Assembly (NCBI GenBank): GCA_965263035.1
Contig: OZ253580.1
Location: 4,384,001 to 4,448,000, forward strand
Source: Acidobacteriota bacterium
Lineage (GTDB): Bacteria; Acidobacteriota; UBA6911; RPQK01; JAJDTT01
Reading direction: 5' to 3'
DNA length: 64,000 nucleotides
Shown: positions 39,084 to 49,597 of the stretch, one piece after another
How positions within the stretch are numbered: the stretch's first letter is position 1
Layout: each line of letters begins with the position of its first letter
Made by a program: the position numbers and the translations under genes
The notes under the pieces: generated by a model
Seen by the model: the letters and a program-made list of their open reading frames with translations, nothing else
The model's database searches: none
Told to the model about the DNA's origin: nothing

Positions 39084-40604
39084 ATGTCGCTATTCGTGAT
39101 CTTGCTTGTCCTCGGCATGGGAACCGCCGTCATGGGCGCCTCCGAGGGGGTCGCCGACGTGGGTTCGCGTCTTGAGCTCATGGTGGATGAACATCTCATC
39201 GACCGCATGTCGGGAGGAGCCCGGCTGCAGCTCCACCGGCCTGTCCGGAGAAACGTGGCACTGGTGACCGATGAGGCTTGGGAAGGAAACGCCTGCCATT
39301 ACCGCACCGTGTTCCAGGATGGAACCCCAAACCGGATGCGCTACCGGATGTACTACGGCGCCTATCAGTACGAGGTGACGGAGACAGGGCAGACTTATCC
39401 CCACCGCCCGTACATGTGCTATGCGGAGAGCAGCGACGGCATCCACTTTCGGAAACCGAAGCTGGGCCTGGTGGAGTTCCAGGGCAGCACAGACAACAAC
39501 ATCATCCTCTCCCAGACGACGCTGAGTTCGGTCGAAGCCGACCCGGGTCACGCCGCCATCTTCAAGGACGACAGTCCCGACTGCCCCGAGGACGCCCGCT
39601 ACAAGATGATCATCCGGTCCAACGGCGAGAAGGGCCTGCTGGCTCTCAAGTCGCCGGACGGACTCCGTTTCACCCCCATGTCGGACCGGGTGGTGATCTC
39701 CGAAGGGGCCTTCGATTCGCAGAATCTGGCCTTCTGGGATCCGGTCCGGCGCGAGTACCGGGCCTATTTCCGCGGGTTTAACCAGAGGGTCAGGGACATC
39801 CTGACGGCCACCTCATCCGACTTCGTGAACTGGACCGACCCGGTCTGGTGCGAGTACCCGGACGCCCCCCGGGAGCATCTCTACACCAATCAACTGCGCC
39901 CCTACTACCGGGCGCCCCACATCCTGGTGGGCTTTCCCATGCGCTACAAGGACCGGGGCTCGACCGAAGCGACTTGGCGCCTGCCGGGCCGGGAAGCCCG
40001 GGAGCACAGATCGAAGGTCTCCCAGCGCTACGGGACGGCGGTGACCGATTCCCTCCTGATGACGGGCCGGGACCGGCTCCACTTCAAACGTTGGGGAGAG
40101 GCCTTCATTCGACCCGGCCCGGCCCGGATCGACAGTTGGGTCTACGGAGACAACAGCATCGCCTGGGGAATCGTCCAGACCCGCTCCGACCGGATCGGTT
40201 CTCCCGAGGAGCTCTCCATCTACGTGGTGGAAGGGTACTGGATGGGCCGGAGCCTGAACGTGCGACGCTATTCCCTCCGCATGGACGGATTCGTCTCCGT
40301 GCAGGCGCCTTTGGCCGGTGGAGAGATGGTGACCCGTCCGCTTCGCTTTGAAGGCAATCGGCTGCGCCTCAACTATTCCACCTCGGGCAGCGGCGGAATC
40401 TGGGTCGAGCTGCAGGACGCGGACGGCAAGCCGCTGGAGGGTTTCAGCCAAGCGGATGCGGATGAAGTCTTCGGAGATCAGATCGAAGAGGTGGTGACCT
40501 GGAAGGGGAACCGTGACGTCGCCTCACTGGCCGGCAAACCGGTCCGGATTCGGTTCGTCCTCAAGGACGCCGACCTGTACGCTTTTCGCTTCGCCGCCGA
40601 CTGA
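39084..40604 (+). CDS. Exported uncharacterised beta-propeller protein, tandem duplicate copy 2
   Basis: Near-identical to 37271-38779 over the full length at DNA and protein level. Confidence 0.85.
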   Translation: MSLFVILLVLGMGTAVMGASEGVADVGSRLELMVDEHLIDRMSGGARLQLHRPVRRNVALVTDEAWEGNACHYRTVFQDGTPNRMRYRMYYGAYQYEVTETGQTYPHRPYMCYAESSDGIHFRKPKLGLVEFQGSTDNNIILSQTTLSSVEADPGHAAIFKDDSPDCPEDARYKMIIRSNGEKGLLALKSPDGLRFTPMSDRVVISEGAFDSQNLAFWDPVRREYRAYFRGFNQRVRDILTATSSDFVNWTDPVWCEYPDAPREHLYTNQLRPYYRAPHILVGFPMRYKDRGSTEATWRLPGREAREHRSKVSQRYGTAVTDSLLMTGRDRLHFKRWGEAFIRPGPARIDSWVYGDNSIAWGIVQTRSDRIGSPEELSIYVVEGYWMGRSLNVRRYSLRMDGFVSVQAPLAGGEMVTRPLRFEGNRLRLNYSTSGSGGIWVELQDADGKPLEGFSQADADEVFGDQIEEVVTWKGNRDVASLAGKPVRIRFVLKDADLYAFRFAAD

Positions 40605-40635
40605 GCAGAGGATCGGCTTGGAAGGGGCGGCGACT

Positions 40636-40705
40636 GTGCGCCAGGCTAACTGGCACAAGATAGGCGGTGAAAGTCCGCTGAAACGAAGGATTAACCATCC
40701 ACTGC
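40636..40705 (+). other. Probable 5' fragment (start of domain I) of a group II intron
   Basis: Begins GTGCG, short hairpin GCCAG/CTGGC, then GCGGTGAAAGTCCGC stem-loop and GAAGGATTAACCATCCAC; no RT ORF or domain V follows. Confidence 0.45.
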
Positions 40706-40731
40706 TTCCATCTACCGCACGATAAGCAGCT

Positions 40732-41034
40732 TTATCGGGCTATCTCCAAGGTCTGAATCTTTGCGTAGTCTGTTGAGTGCTCGCGCTCAGCGTCCCACAT
40801 GTCAATCGCCTTCTGCATGTTGACCCAGAGCGTCGGACCATTGCCGAAGAGCTTCCCGATCCGGTGCGCCATGTCGGTGCTCATTGGTCTTCGTCCTTGG
40901 CAAATCTCGTTAATGGTCCTGCGCCCGACACCGACAAGATCCGCCACCTGCTTCTGATTGAGTTTCCGAGCCTCGATCTCGCTCCGTAGCAACCTGCCTG
41001 GATGTGTCGGTCGCCTTTCCAGATTTCTAGCCAT
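40732..41034 (-). CDS. higA: HigA-family addiction module antitoxin (VapI-type HTH)
   Basis: RRPTHPGRLLR..NQKQVADLVGVGRRTINEICQGRR..TDMAHRIGKLFGNGPTLWVNMQ; GGAGG RBS. Confidence 0.9.
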   Translation of the reverse strand: MARNLERRPTHPGRLLRSEIEARKLNQKQVADLVGVGRRTINEICQGRRPMSTDMAHRIGKLFGNGPTLWVNMQKAIDMWDAEREHSTDYAKIQTLEIAR

Positions 41035-41052
41035 GTCCCGCCCTCCGTACTA

Positions 41053-42271
41053 GTACCCAATAACATGTAATTGTTCGTATACTATGGTGGGAGGCTGGAG
41101 GACTCGGAAGGAGGAGTTCTCATGGCACCACGCTATCGTGTCACGCTCACTGTGGAAGAGCGCTCAGAATTGAAGGCCTTGACCCGGGCCGCGACCAAGA
41201 CCACCGGCAAGCGGTTCCTGTACGCGCGGGCTCTGTTGTTGTGCGACCGCGGGCCGGAAGGGCCGGGATGGACCGTGGCCCGGGTGGCCGAGGCGCTGGG
41301 CGTCTCGGCCCGCACGATCGAGCACTTGAAACGGCGGTTTGTGGAGCAGGGTTTGGAGTTCGCCTTGGAGCGCAAGCGGCGGGTGCGGCCGCCGCGGAAA
41401 GTGATCTTCGACGGCGCGTTCGAGGCTCGCCTGGTCGCCTTGGCCTGCTCCCCGGCCCCGCCAGGACGGAAGCGCTGGACCCTGCGCCTGCTGGCGGAGA
41501 AAGTAGTGGAACTGGGCTGGGTCGAGCGGGTGTCGGTGATGACGGTGCAGCGGACGCTAAAAAAAACCAACTGCAGCCTCATCGGAAGAAGTATTGGCGG
41601 ATCCCGCCCCGGGGCAGCGCCGCATTCGTAGCCTGCATGGAGGACGTTTTAGAAGTCTATGCCCGTCCGTACGACCCCCGTCGTCCGGTGGTCTGCATGG
41701 ACGAGACCAACAAGCAGTTGATCGGAGAAGTGCGGGAGCCTTTGCCGGTCGCGCCCGGCCAGCCGGAGCGAGTCGAGCATGAGTATGTGCGCAACGGGGT
41801 CGCGCAGATCTTCCTGGAGGTGGAGCCACTGACCGGCCGCTGCCATGTGGAGGCGACCGAGCGGCGCACGCGACAGGATTGGGCCCGGTGGATCGAGGGC
41901 ATGTTGGAGAGGCGATACCCGGAGGCCGAGCGGGTGGTCCTGGTCTTGGACAACCTGAACCCGCACGGAATCGAATCGCTGTACGCGACCTACGAGCCTC
42001 GACACGCTCGCCAACTGGCACAACGACTGGAAATCCACTACACGCCGAAGCACGGCAGTTGGCTCAACATTGCAGAAATCGAATTGAGCGCGCTGTGCGG
42101 ACAATGCCTGGACCGCCGGATTCCAAGCCTGGCCGGGATGCAACGTGAGATCGGGGCTTGGGTTGCGGATCGGAACCAACGGCAAACCGAGATCGACTGG
42201 CAGTTCAAGACGGAGGATGCACGGATCAAGCTGAAGAGCCTGTATCCACAACTTTAAGTGTTACGGGGTAC
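41053..42271 (+). mobile_element. IS630-family insertion sequence flanked by duplicated TA
   Basis: TA at 41051-41052 and 42272-42273; imperfect terminal IRs GTACCCAATAACATGTAATTGT and (rc) GTACCCCGTAACACTTAAAGTTGT. Confidence 0.92.
41122..42257 (+). CDS. IS630 transposase split into two frames, probably joined by -1 frameshifting
   Basis: ORF A (HTH, RWTLRLLAE) and ORF B (CMDE, VLDNLNPH, YTPKHGSWLNIAEIE DDE triad) overlap at an A8 run, 41559-41566. Confidence 0.9.
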
Positions 42272-42458
42272 TAGTGATAATCTTTCAGGTCTACCTTGAC
42301 GGCGTCTCCCGCATCGAATCTGAAGGTAATCCTCCAGTTCTTCGTCACGGTCATTGCCCACTCACCCTTTCGATTGCCCTCCATTGGGGGTTGATCCTCC
42401 GGTAGTTTCCGTCTTCAAATGCCCTCCTGAGAACCTTGGAAGCGAACCCCTTGATCAC
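42271..42458 (-). pseudogene. higB: HigB (plasmid maintenance killer, RelE-like) toxin pseudogene with internal frameshifting deletion
   Basis: GTG IKGFASKVLRRAFEDGNYRRINPQW fused out of frame to EGNRKGEWAMTVTKNWRITFRFDAGDAVKVDLKDYH*; only 188 nt. Confidence 0.85.
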
Positions 42459-42464
42459 AAAAGA

Positions 42465-42487
42465 AGTGTAACATTGAATGTTACACT
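42465..42487. promoter_or_regulatory. Perfect 11-bp inverted repeat overlapping the higBA promoter (probable HigA operator)
   Basis: AGTGTAACATT-G-AATGTTACACT; minus-strand TGnTACACT extended -10 lies 6 nt before the higB GTG. Confidence 0.75.
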
Positions 42488-42824
42488 ACAGCCGCCATCA
42501 CCGGTGACGGTGGTCCGAAAGAGGATCAAGACCTGGTTACGGAATAGCCCACAATGATCGAGCGCTTGCGGAGGCGGGAACAAGCACTGGAACCGCTCGA
42601 ATGGACGGGGCGGGAAGAGGATTCAACTCCATGTCGGCAGGACTGGATCTGGCCACGGGCCAATCCATTCTCGACAAGTTGGAACGCTTGTCTACTCGTA
42701 TTTCCGGGACAGTACACCAGGACGCTTTTTGTTTCGCCTCCGATGGAGCTGGGAATCGGCGCCGAGTCGGGAGAGTTGCCAAGAATCTCTGCAGCATGCA
42801 TTCTGTCCGCGGGAGGATAACCGG

Positions 42825-44369
42825 ATGAGATCGTTTCGTTTCCTGGGGTTTCTGTTGCTGGGGCTCAGTCTTGTGGCGCCGAGTGTCGTGTGGGCGGGGT
42901 CGAGCAATGACTCTCTTCCCCGGGAGATCGGTTCTCGCCGGGAGCTATTCGTCGACCATTTTCTGATCGACCGCCTGCAGGGGGTTCGACTGCAGTTGCA
43001 CGAACCGCGACCCGCCGAGCAGGTGATCCGCATCGATCGTCCCTGGGAAAACGAGTTCAACTACGGCTACAAGGTCTTTCAGGAGGGAGGGATCTACCAC
43101 CTCTTCTATCTGGCCCGGACCACCCTACCGTCGGAGCAGAGATTCCGCCGCGCCATCAGCTACGCCCGGAGCCGGGACGGCATCCACTGGGAGAAGCCGA
43201 ACCTGGGACTGGTGGAGGTGGACGGCAGCCGTGAGAACAACGTGATCATGCTGGGGCGGCTGGTCCCCTTCGTGGACAACCGGCCGGGCGTGCCGGCCGA
43301 TCGCCGCATCAAGGCCACCAGCTCCCAGTACCGGGACCGGCCCGAGTGGAAGAACGAGCATCCCCTGGACGGGAGGAAGTATGTGGACCTGTTCCTGTAC
43401 GAGTCCTCCGACGGGGTGGATTTCCGGAAGGTTCAGGAAGATCCGGTCTTCATCACCACGCTCCCCAACGGCTTCGACGGCATTCAATCCATCTTCTGGT
43501 CCGAATCCGAGGGGAAGTATGTTCTCTACTTCCGATTCATGACCGCCAACGTCCGGCCCCGAAAACGCTCCGTGGCCCGGAGCACATCCCCGGATCTCCT
43601 GAGTTGGACCGATCCCGTCCCCATGGAGTACACCACGGGAGGCATCGTCCCGCCCGAACATCTCTATGAGCACCAGACGGTTTCGTATTTTCGGGCCCCC
43701 CATATCTACGTGGCCTTCCCGCCGCGGTTCATGTATGGCCGCTCCGCGCTCACCAAGGAGCGGGCCAAGGCCGCCGGCGTTGTCTCGGACGCCACCCAAC
43801 CCAATAATCCGGACTGGCTGAGCCACGACTGCGCGGACGCCGCCTTCATGACCTCCCGGGGGGGCACGCTCTACGACCGCACCTTCATGGGCGTCTTCGT
43901 CCGCCCGGGACCGGACACCCTCAACTGGGTGTCCCGCACCAACTATCCGCTTCAGGGCGTGGTCCGGACGGGTCCGGCCGAGATGTCCATCTACGCGGGC
44001 CGGCACTACGGGCATCCCTCGTGGCACATCCAGCGGCTGACCCTGCGGTTGGACGGGTTCGCTTCCGTCAACGCGCCCTACGCCGGCGGGGAGATGCTGA
44101 CGAAGCCCCTGAAGTTTTCGGGGAACCGGCTGGAGATCAACTACTCCACCTCGGCCGCGGGGGGTTTGAGAGTGGAGATTCAAGACACCGAGGGGAAGCC
44201 GATACCCGGGTTCTCGCTTGCGGAGTGTCCCGAGATCATTGGAGACGAGATTGCCCGGGACGTGTCGTGGGACGGGGGTAGCGACGTGGGCCGTCTGGCC
44301 GGAACCGCCGTTCGGCTCCGCTTCGTGATGAAGGATGCGGACCTCTACTCCATCCGTTTCTACGAGTGA
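42825..44369 (+). CDS. Exported uncharacterised beta-propeller protein, third more distant paralog
   Basis: Signal peptide; GSRRELFVD, RPWE, SRDGIHWEKPNLG, FDGIQSIFW, EHLY, RLDGFAS, DADLYSIRF; GGGAGG RBS. Confidence 0.85.
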   Translation: MRSFRFLGFLLLGLSLVAPSVVWAGSSNDSLPREIGSRRELFVDHFLIDRLQGVRLQLHEPRPAEQVIRIDRPWENEFNYGYKVFQEGGIYHLFYLARTTLPSEQRFRRAISYARSRDGIHWEKPNLGLVEVDGSRENNVIMLGRLVPFVDNRPGVPADRRIKATSSQYRDRPEWKNEHPLDGRKYVDLFLYESSDGVDFRKVQEDPVFITTLPNGFDGIQSIFWSESEGKYVLYFRFMTANVRPRKRSVARSTSPDLLSWTDPVPMEYTTGGIVPPEHLYEHQTVSYFRAPHIYVAFPPRFMYGRSALTKERAKAAGVVSDATQPNNPDWLSHDCADAAFMTSRGGTLYDRTFMGVFVRPGPDTLNWVSRTNYPLQGVVRTGPAEMSIYAGRHYGHPSWHIQRLTLRLDGFASVNAPYAGGEMLTKPLKFSGNRLEINYSTSAAGGLRVEIQDTEGKPIPGFSLAECPEIIGDEIARDVSWDGGSDVGRLAGTAVRLRFVMKDADLYSIRFYE

Positions 44370-44418
44370 CGCCGAGGACTGAAGAACGGGCGATGCGGGG
44401 CTTCGCTACGGACTTCCG

Positions 44419-47400
44419 TCAGTCCTCCAGCATGTCTCCAGCTTGGATATAGGCGATGAGGTCCGCCATCTCCTGCGGGTCGATGTTCTCTTCCAGACCC
44501 TCGGGCATGAGCGAAACCTGGGACGCACGGATTTCGGAGATGCGGGCCCTCAGAATCGTCTCCTCCTCTCCGGGGCCGCTGCGCAACGTCAGGCTTCCGG
44601 GACCCTCCGCCGCCAGGACGCCGCCGTAGACCAGACCCTCTCGGGTGGTCACGATGTAGTTCTGGAACAGGCCCAGGATCTGGGCGTTGGGATTCAGAAT
44701 CGCCTGGAGCAACTCCTCCCGGGTGTGCCCCTGCACCCCGACGCGAAGATCCGGGCCCACCGCGTCCCCTTCCTGGGGTTGGTGACAACGGGCGCACTCC
44801 CGTTCGAAGACCTGCTCTCCCCGCTCCGAGTCGGCGGCCAGGTCTAGAACTTTCCGGTAGTGCTGTACCACGCGGTCCCTCTCGTCCGGGGAGTCGGGCT
44901 GAAACCAGGCCAGGGCCCGGTTTCGAATCGCTTCGTCCGGGTGCTGGGCCAGCAGGACCCGGTGGTCCTGCTCCAACGCCGCTGTCTCCACGGTCCCCCG
45001 CTCCAGCGCGTCCAGCAGCCGGGACGCCCGTCCGAGGTGGGCGATCAGCGCGTGAAGGGCCGGTCTCCGCTCGCGGGGAGAGAGGGTGCTCCAGCGGGAG
45101 AGAATCAGGTCGCCGACCTCCACGTCGCCGTATCCTCCCAGGAGCCGAAGAACCTCGGAACGCAGGGCGGAATCGGAAACGGAATCCAAAAAGTGTCCGA
45201 AAATGGGACGCGCGTCCCGAAATCGGACACTTGCCAGGGTGCGGACGGCCTGTATCCGCTGCTGGGGCGAGGCGCTTGGGTCCAATGCCTGCCGACGGGC
45301 CTGAGCTCGGAGCCGCGGCATCCGGAAGTGCCGGGACACACGAGCCGCCGCCGTACGGACGCGGGTCGAACCATTTTCCAATAGTTGCCGGAGCGCGGTT
45401 CGGGCGCCTGCCGGATCCAGGCCGGCGACCCTTCCCATTTCCAGACCCTGAGCCAGTCCGTCGAGTCCGGCTCCCTGCCAGGCCTCGTCCGCCAAACCGG
45501 GAGATCGAAAAACCAGTTCCAGGATTCGCCTGATCTCCGTGGGCCGTTGACGGGCACCGATCACGGCCGCGAATTCCTCCAGGAATTCTTCCCTCTGCTT
45601 CCGATCCGCTGCTCCGAAGAAGTCCAGGTTCAGGAGATGTTCTACAAGATCCGGCGAGGACCCGGCCTCCGAGCTCAGGATGGCCGCCCGAAAGCCAGGT
45701 GTCAGGCTCTGGTGCAGAGCCAACCGGGACAGGGCCCGGGTGACGGCTTTGCCCTGGAACCGGCCCAGACTCAGAGCCAGTTGGAACCCGACCCGCGGCT
45801 CCTCTCCCACCGTCATTGCCAGCAGTCTCGGGAGCAGTCGGGGAAACTCCTCAGCCATCCGGACGGCATGCTCCCGCACCCCTGGGATCGAGTCCTTCAG
45901 CGCCAGGGTCAGGGTTTCGGAATCCAGTGCGGAGAGCCCCTCCAAGGCATTCAACGCGTGCAAGCGGCCCTTGGCGGATGTTCCCTGGCGAACGGTGTGC
46001 TTCAGTTCCGTGACGGCCGAGTTCTCCTGACGCTGGACCAGCAGGCGCTGAGCCGTGAGTCTCCACCAGCGGTTTGGATGGGAGAGAAGCCGAACCAGGC
46101 TCCGGGGGTCCTTTCCGGTCAGGGACGGCTTTACGGGAGCCGGAGCCGGATCGCGGGCGGAGGCGACCCGATAGATTCGGCCACGGCCGGTCCCGGCATA
46201 GAAGTCCAGATCCCGCTTGATGGGCTCCGGGATCGACTCGGGATCCTCCACCAGTTTTCGATAGATGTCCACGATGTAGAGGTTCCCGTCCCAGCCGGTG
46301 GTGAACTGAACGGGCCGGAACCAGGGATCGGTAGAGGACAGGAACTCCCGCTGCCGTTCATCCGGCGCGCGGCTGGCCACGAAGCTGATGCCGCTCGGCG
46401 CCAGCAGATCCCGGTGAACCAGATTCCCGGCGACTCCTCCCGTAAAAAGGCTTCCCCGGTAGGACGGCGGAAGCCGGTCGCCCGAATAGACGGTGCCCCC
46501 CGTCGCGCCGGTGAAGTACCCGTGGACTTGTCCGGTGCGCCCCAGGCCCATCTGATCGGAACGCTCCTGTCTCACCCGGGTTCGGAGTTCGCGCCACTTC
46601 TCGGGTGGCGTCCGGGAGTAGATGCGGCGGTCATGGTCCGAGACGTCCCGGATGATCTCAGCGGGTGCCGCCAGGTAGGGGTTTCTCTCCAAATAGCGGC
46701 GGGGCAGGAGCACGTGCAGGACGTGGGTTCCGGTCCGCGTAACGAAGCGGTGGCCCCAATCGTCGAAGGTCTGGCCGAAGCGGGCGGCTCCCGAAGCCGC
46801 TTCGAAAACGCCCCGGCCGGGGCGGAACCGGAAATCGGTTCCCAGGACCGAGATCGAGTCGGCCCCGGGCCGGTCCGGAGATCTGACCCGTCCCGGATGT
46901 CCGTCGTTCGAGACGTAGATCCAGTTGTCCAGGGAGTAGCGAAGGTTGCTGACCCGCCCCTGAGGCTGACCCACTTCGAAGCCGGTAAACAGGACTCGCC
47001 GTTCATCCGCGCGGAGGTCGCCGTCCGTGTCCTTGAAGAAGAGGAGGTCCGGCGCCGCGGAGGCAATGACGCCTCCATCCCACAAGGCCAAGCCTTTGAG
47101 TTGGAGAATCCCGTCGGCGAAGACCACCGAGTGGTCCACTCTACCGTCGCCGTCCCGATCTTCCAGGACCCGGATCCGGCTCCGAGGCGGCTGCCCCGGT
47201 GGAGGGTCGTAGGGGTAGTCCAGCATCTCGGCCACGAAGGCTCTCCCCTCCTCGTCGAAGACCAGGTCCACCGGGTCCCGCACATACGGTTCGGCGGCAA
47301 AGATCTCTATCCGGACGTCACCGGGGTGCTGAAAACCGGCCAGCGACTCCTCCGGTGAGAGCGGACCGGTTTCGTTACTCTCGCCGCAGCCGTAGAGGAA

Positions 47401-47433
47401 CAGCAGTCCGAGCAGGAGACGAGACCATCGCAT
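44419..47433 (-). CDS. PVC-type membrane-bound dehydrogenase-domain / heme-binding (CxxCH) lipoprotein
   Basis: Lipobox LYGC; FAAEP..DPV..FDEEGR..AEMLDYP; DRDGDGRVD; STDPWFRPV; HEAT-like repeats; CARCH; SLMPEGLE. Confidence 0.9.
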   Translation of the reverse strand: MRWSRLLLGLLFLYGCGESNETGPLSPEESLAGFQHPGDVRIEIFAAEPYVRDPVDLVFDEEGRAFVAEMLDYPYDPPPGQPPRSRIRVLEDRDGDGRVDHSVVFADGILQLKGLALWDGGVIASAAPDLLFFKDTDGDLRADERRVLFTGFEVGQPQGRVSNLRYSLDNWIYVSNDGHPGRVRSPDRPGADSISVLGTDFRFRPGRGVFEAASGAARFGQTFDDWGHRFVTRTGTHVLHVLLPRRYLERNPYLAAPAEIIRDVSDHDRRIYSRTPPEKWRELRTRVRQERSDQMGLGRTGQVHGYFTGATGGTVYSGDRLPPSYRGSLFTGGVAGNLVHRDLLAPSGISFVASRAPDERQREFLSSTDPWFRPVQFTTGWDGNLYIVDIYRKLVEDPESIPEPIKRDLDFYAGTGRGRIYRVASARDPAPAPVKPSLTGKDPRSLVRLLSHPNRWWRLTAQRLLVQRQENSAVTELKHTVRQGTSAKGRLHALNALEGLSALDSETLTLALKDSIPGVREHAVRMAEEFPRLLPRLLAMTVGEEPRVGFQLALSLGRFQGKAVTRALSRLALHQSLTPGFRAAILSSEAGSSPDLVEHLLNLDFFGAADRKQREEFLEEFAAVIGARQRPTEIRRILELVFRSPGLADEAWQGAGLDGLAQGLEMGRVAGLDPAGARTALRQLLENGSTRVRTAAARVSRHFRMPRLRAQARRQALDPSASPQQRIQAVRTLASVRFRDARPIFGHFLDSVSDSALRSEVLRLLGGYGDVEVGDLILSRWSTLSPRERRPALHALIAHLGRASRLLDALERGTVETAALEQDHRVLLAQHPDEAIRNRALAWFQPDSPDERDRVVQHYRKVLDLAADSERGEQVFERECARCHQPQEGDAVGPDLRVGVQGHTREELLQAILNPNAQILGLFQNYIVTTREGLVYGGVLAAEGPGSLTLRSGPGEEETILRARISEIRASQVSLMPEGLEENIDPQEMADLIAYIQAGDMLED

Positions 47434-47531
47434 GGCCGCTGATTCTCTCCCGCGGAAGTCGGCTTCGGCAACAGCCGGGAGGCCACGAGATTCCTGGGAT
47501 GCCGGCGGATCGATTCTGATAGGGTGAACCC

Positions 47532-47978
47532 ATGGTCAGAAGCGCTGCCGCCACGGTCGAGGAGTACTTGCAAGAGCTTGTCCCGGACCGCCGGGAGGAG
47601 ATTCAGGCGGTGAGGGAGTTGGTCTTGGACAACCTGCCGCCAGGTTATGTCGAGACCATGAACTGGGGGATGATCACTTATGAGATTCCCTTGGAGCGTT
47701 ATCCCGAGACGTACAACAAGCAGCCCCTCATGTACGCTGCTCTGGCCTCTCAGAAACGGTACATGTCCCTCTACCTGATGTGCGTCTACAGCCACCGGGA
47801 ATCCAGGATCCGGTTCGAGGAGAGGTTCAAGGCAAGCGGGAAAAAACTCAACATGGGCAAGTCGTGCGTCCGCTTCAGGCGGGTGGAAGACCTGCCTCCG
47901 GACCTCATTGCCGAGACCGTCGCCGGCACCTCGGTGGACGACTACATCAAGTTCTATGAGGCGTCCCGCAGGCGGTAG
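47532..47978 (+). CDS. DUF1801 domain protein
   Basis: [46 protein letters not shown]. Confidence 0.85.
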   Translation: MVRSAAATVEEYLQELVPDRREEIQAVRELVLDNLPPGYVETMNWGMITYEIPLERYPETYNKQPLMYAALASQKRYMSLYLMCVYSHRESRIRFEERFKASGKKLNMGKSCVRFRRVEDLPPDLIAETVAGTSVDDYIKFYEASRRR

Positions 47979-48163
47979 AAGGACGCCGCCTGGAACTCTG
48001 CTCCGGAACCCCGGACGGCTCCGGTTGGCTGACTTTCTGCTATTCTAACTACCCTTGGGAAAGGGTCGTCGCACCCTGGACGCCGGGTTCAATGCCGTTC
48101 GGGACGTTCATTCCCGGGCTTCCGGCGATCGATATCAGATTTGACGGAAGGGAATCCAGACTC

Positions 48164-49597
<1,434 letters not shown>

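Noticed and set aside
38804-39175. 123-aa ORF as an intact gene
   Set aside because: Chimera of a start-less truncated higA and an alternate frame of the downstream duplicate gene
37271-40604. Duplicated genes as a DGR template/variable repeat pair
   Set aside because: Differences are spread over full-length genes, many are synonymous and not adenine-specific, and no reverse transcriptase is in the window
47979-48163. Possible SAH or SAM riboswitch upstream of ahcY (hairpin ACCCTTGGGAAAGGGT)
   Set aside because: Lacks the conserved GAGGAGCGCUGC-type SAH core and SAM-I motifs by eye; an Infernal search would settle it
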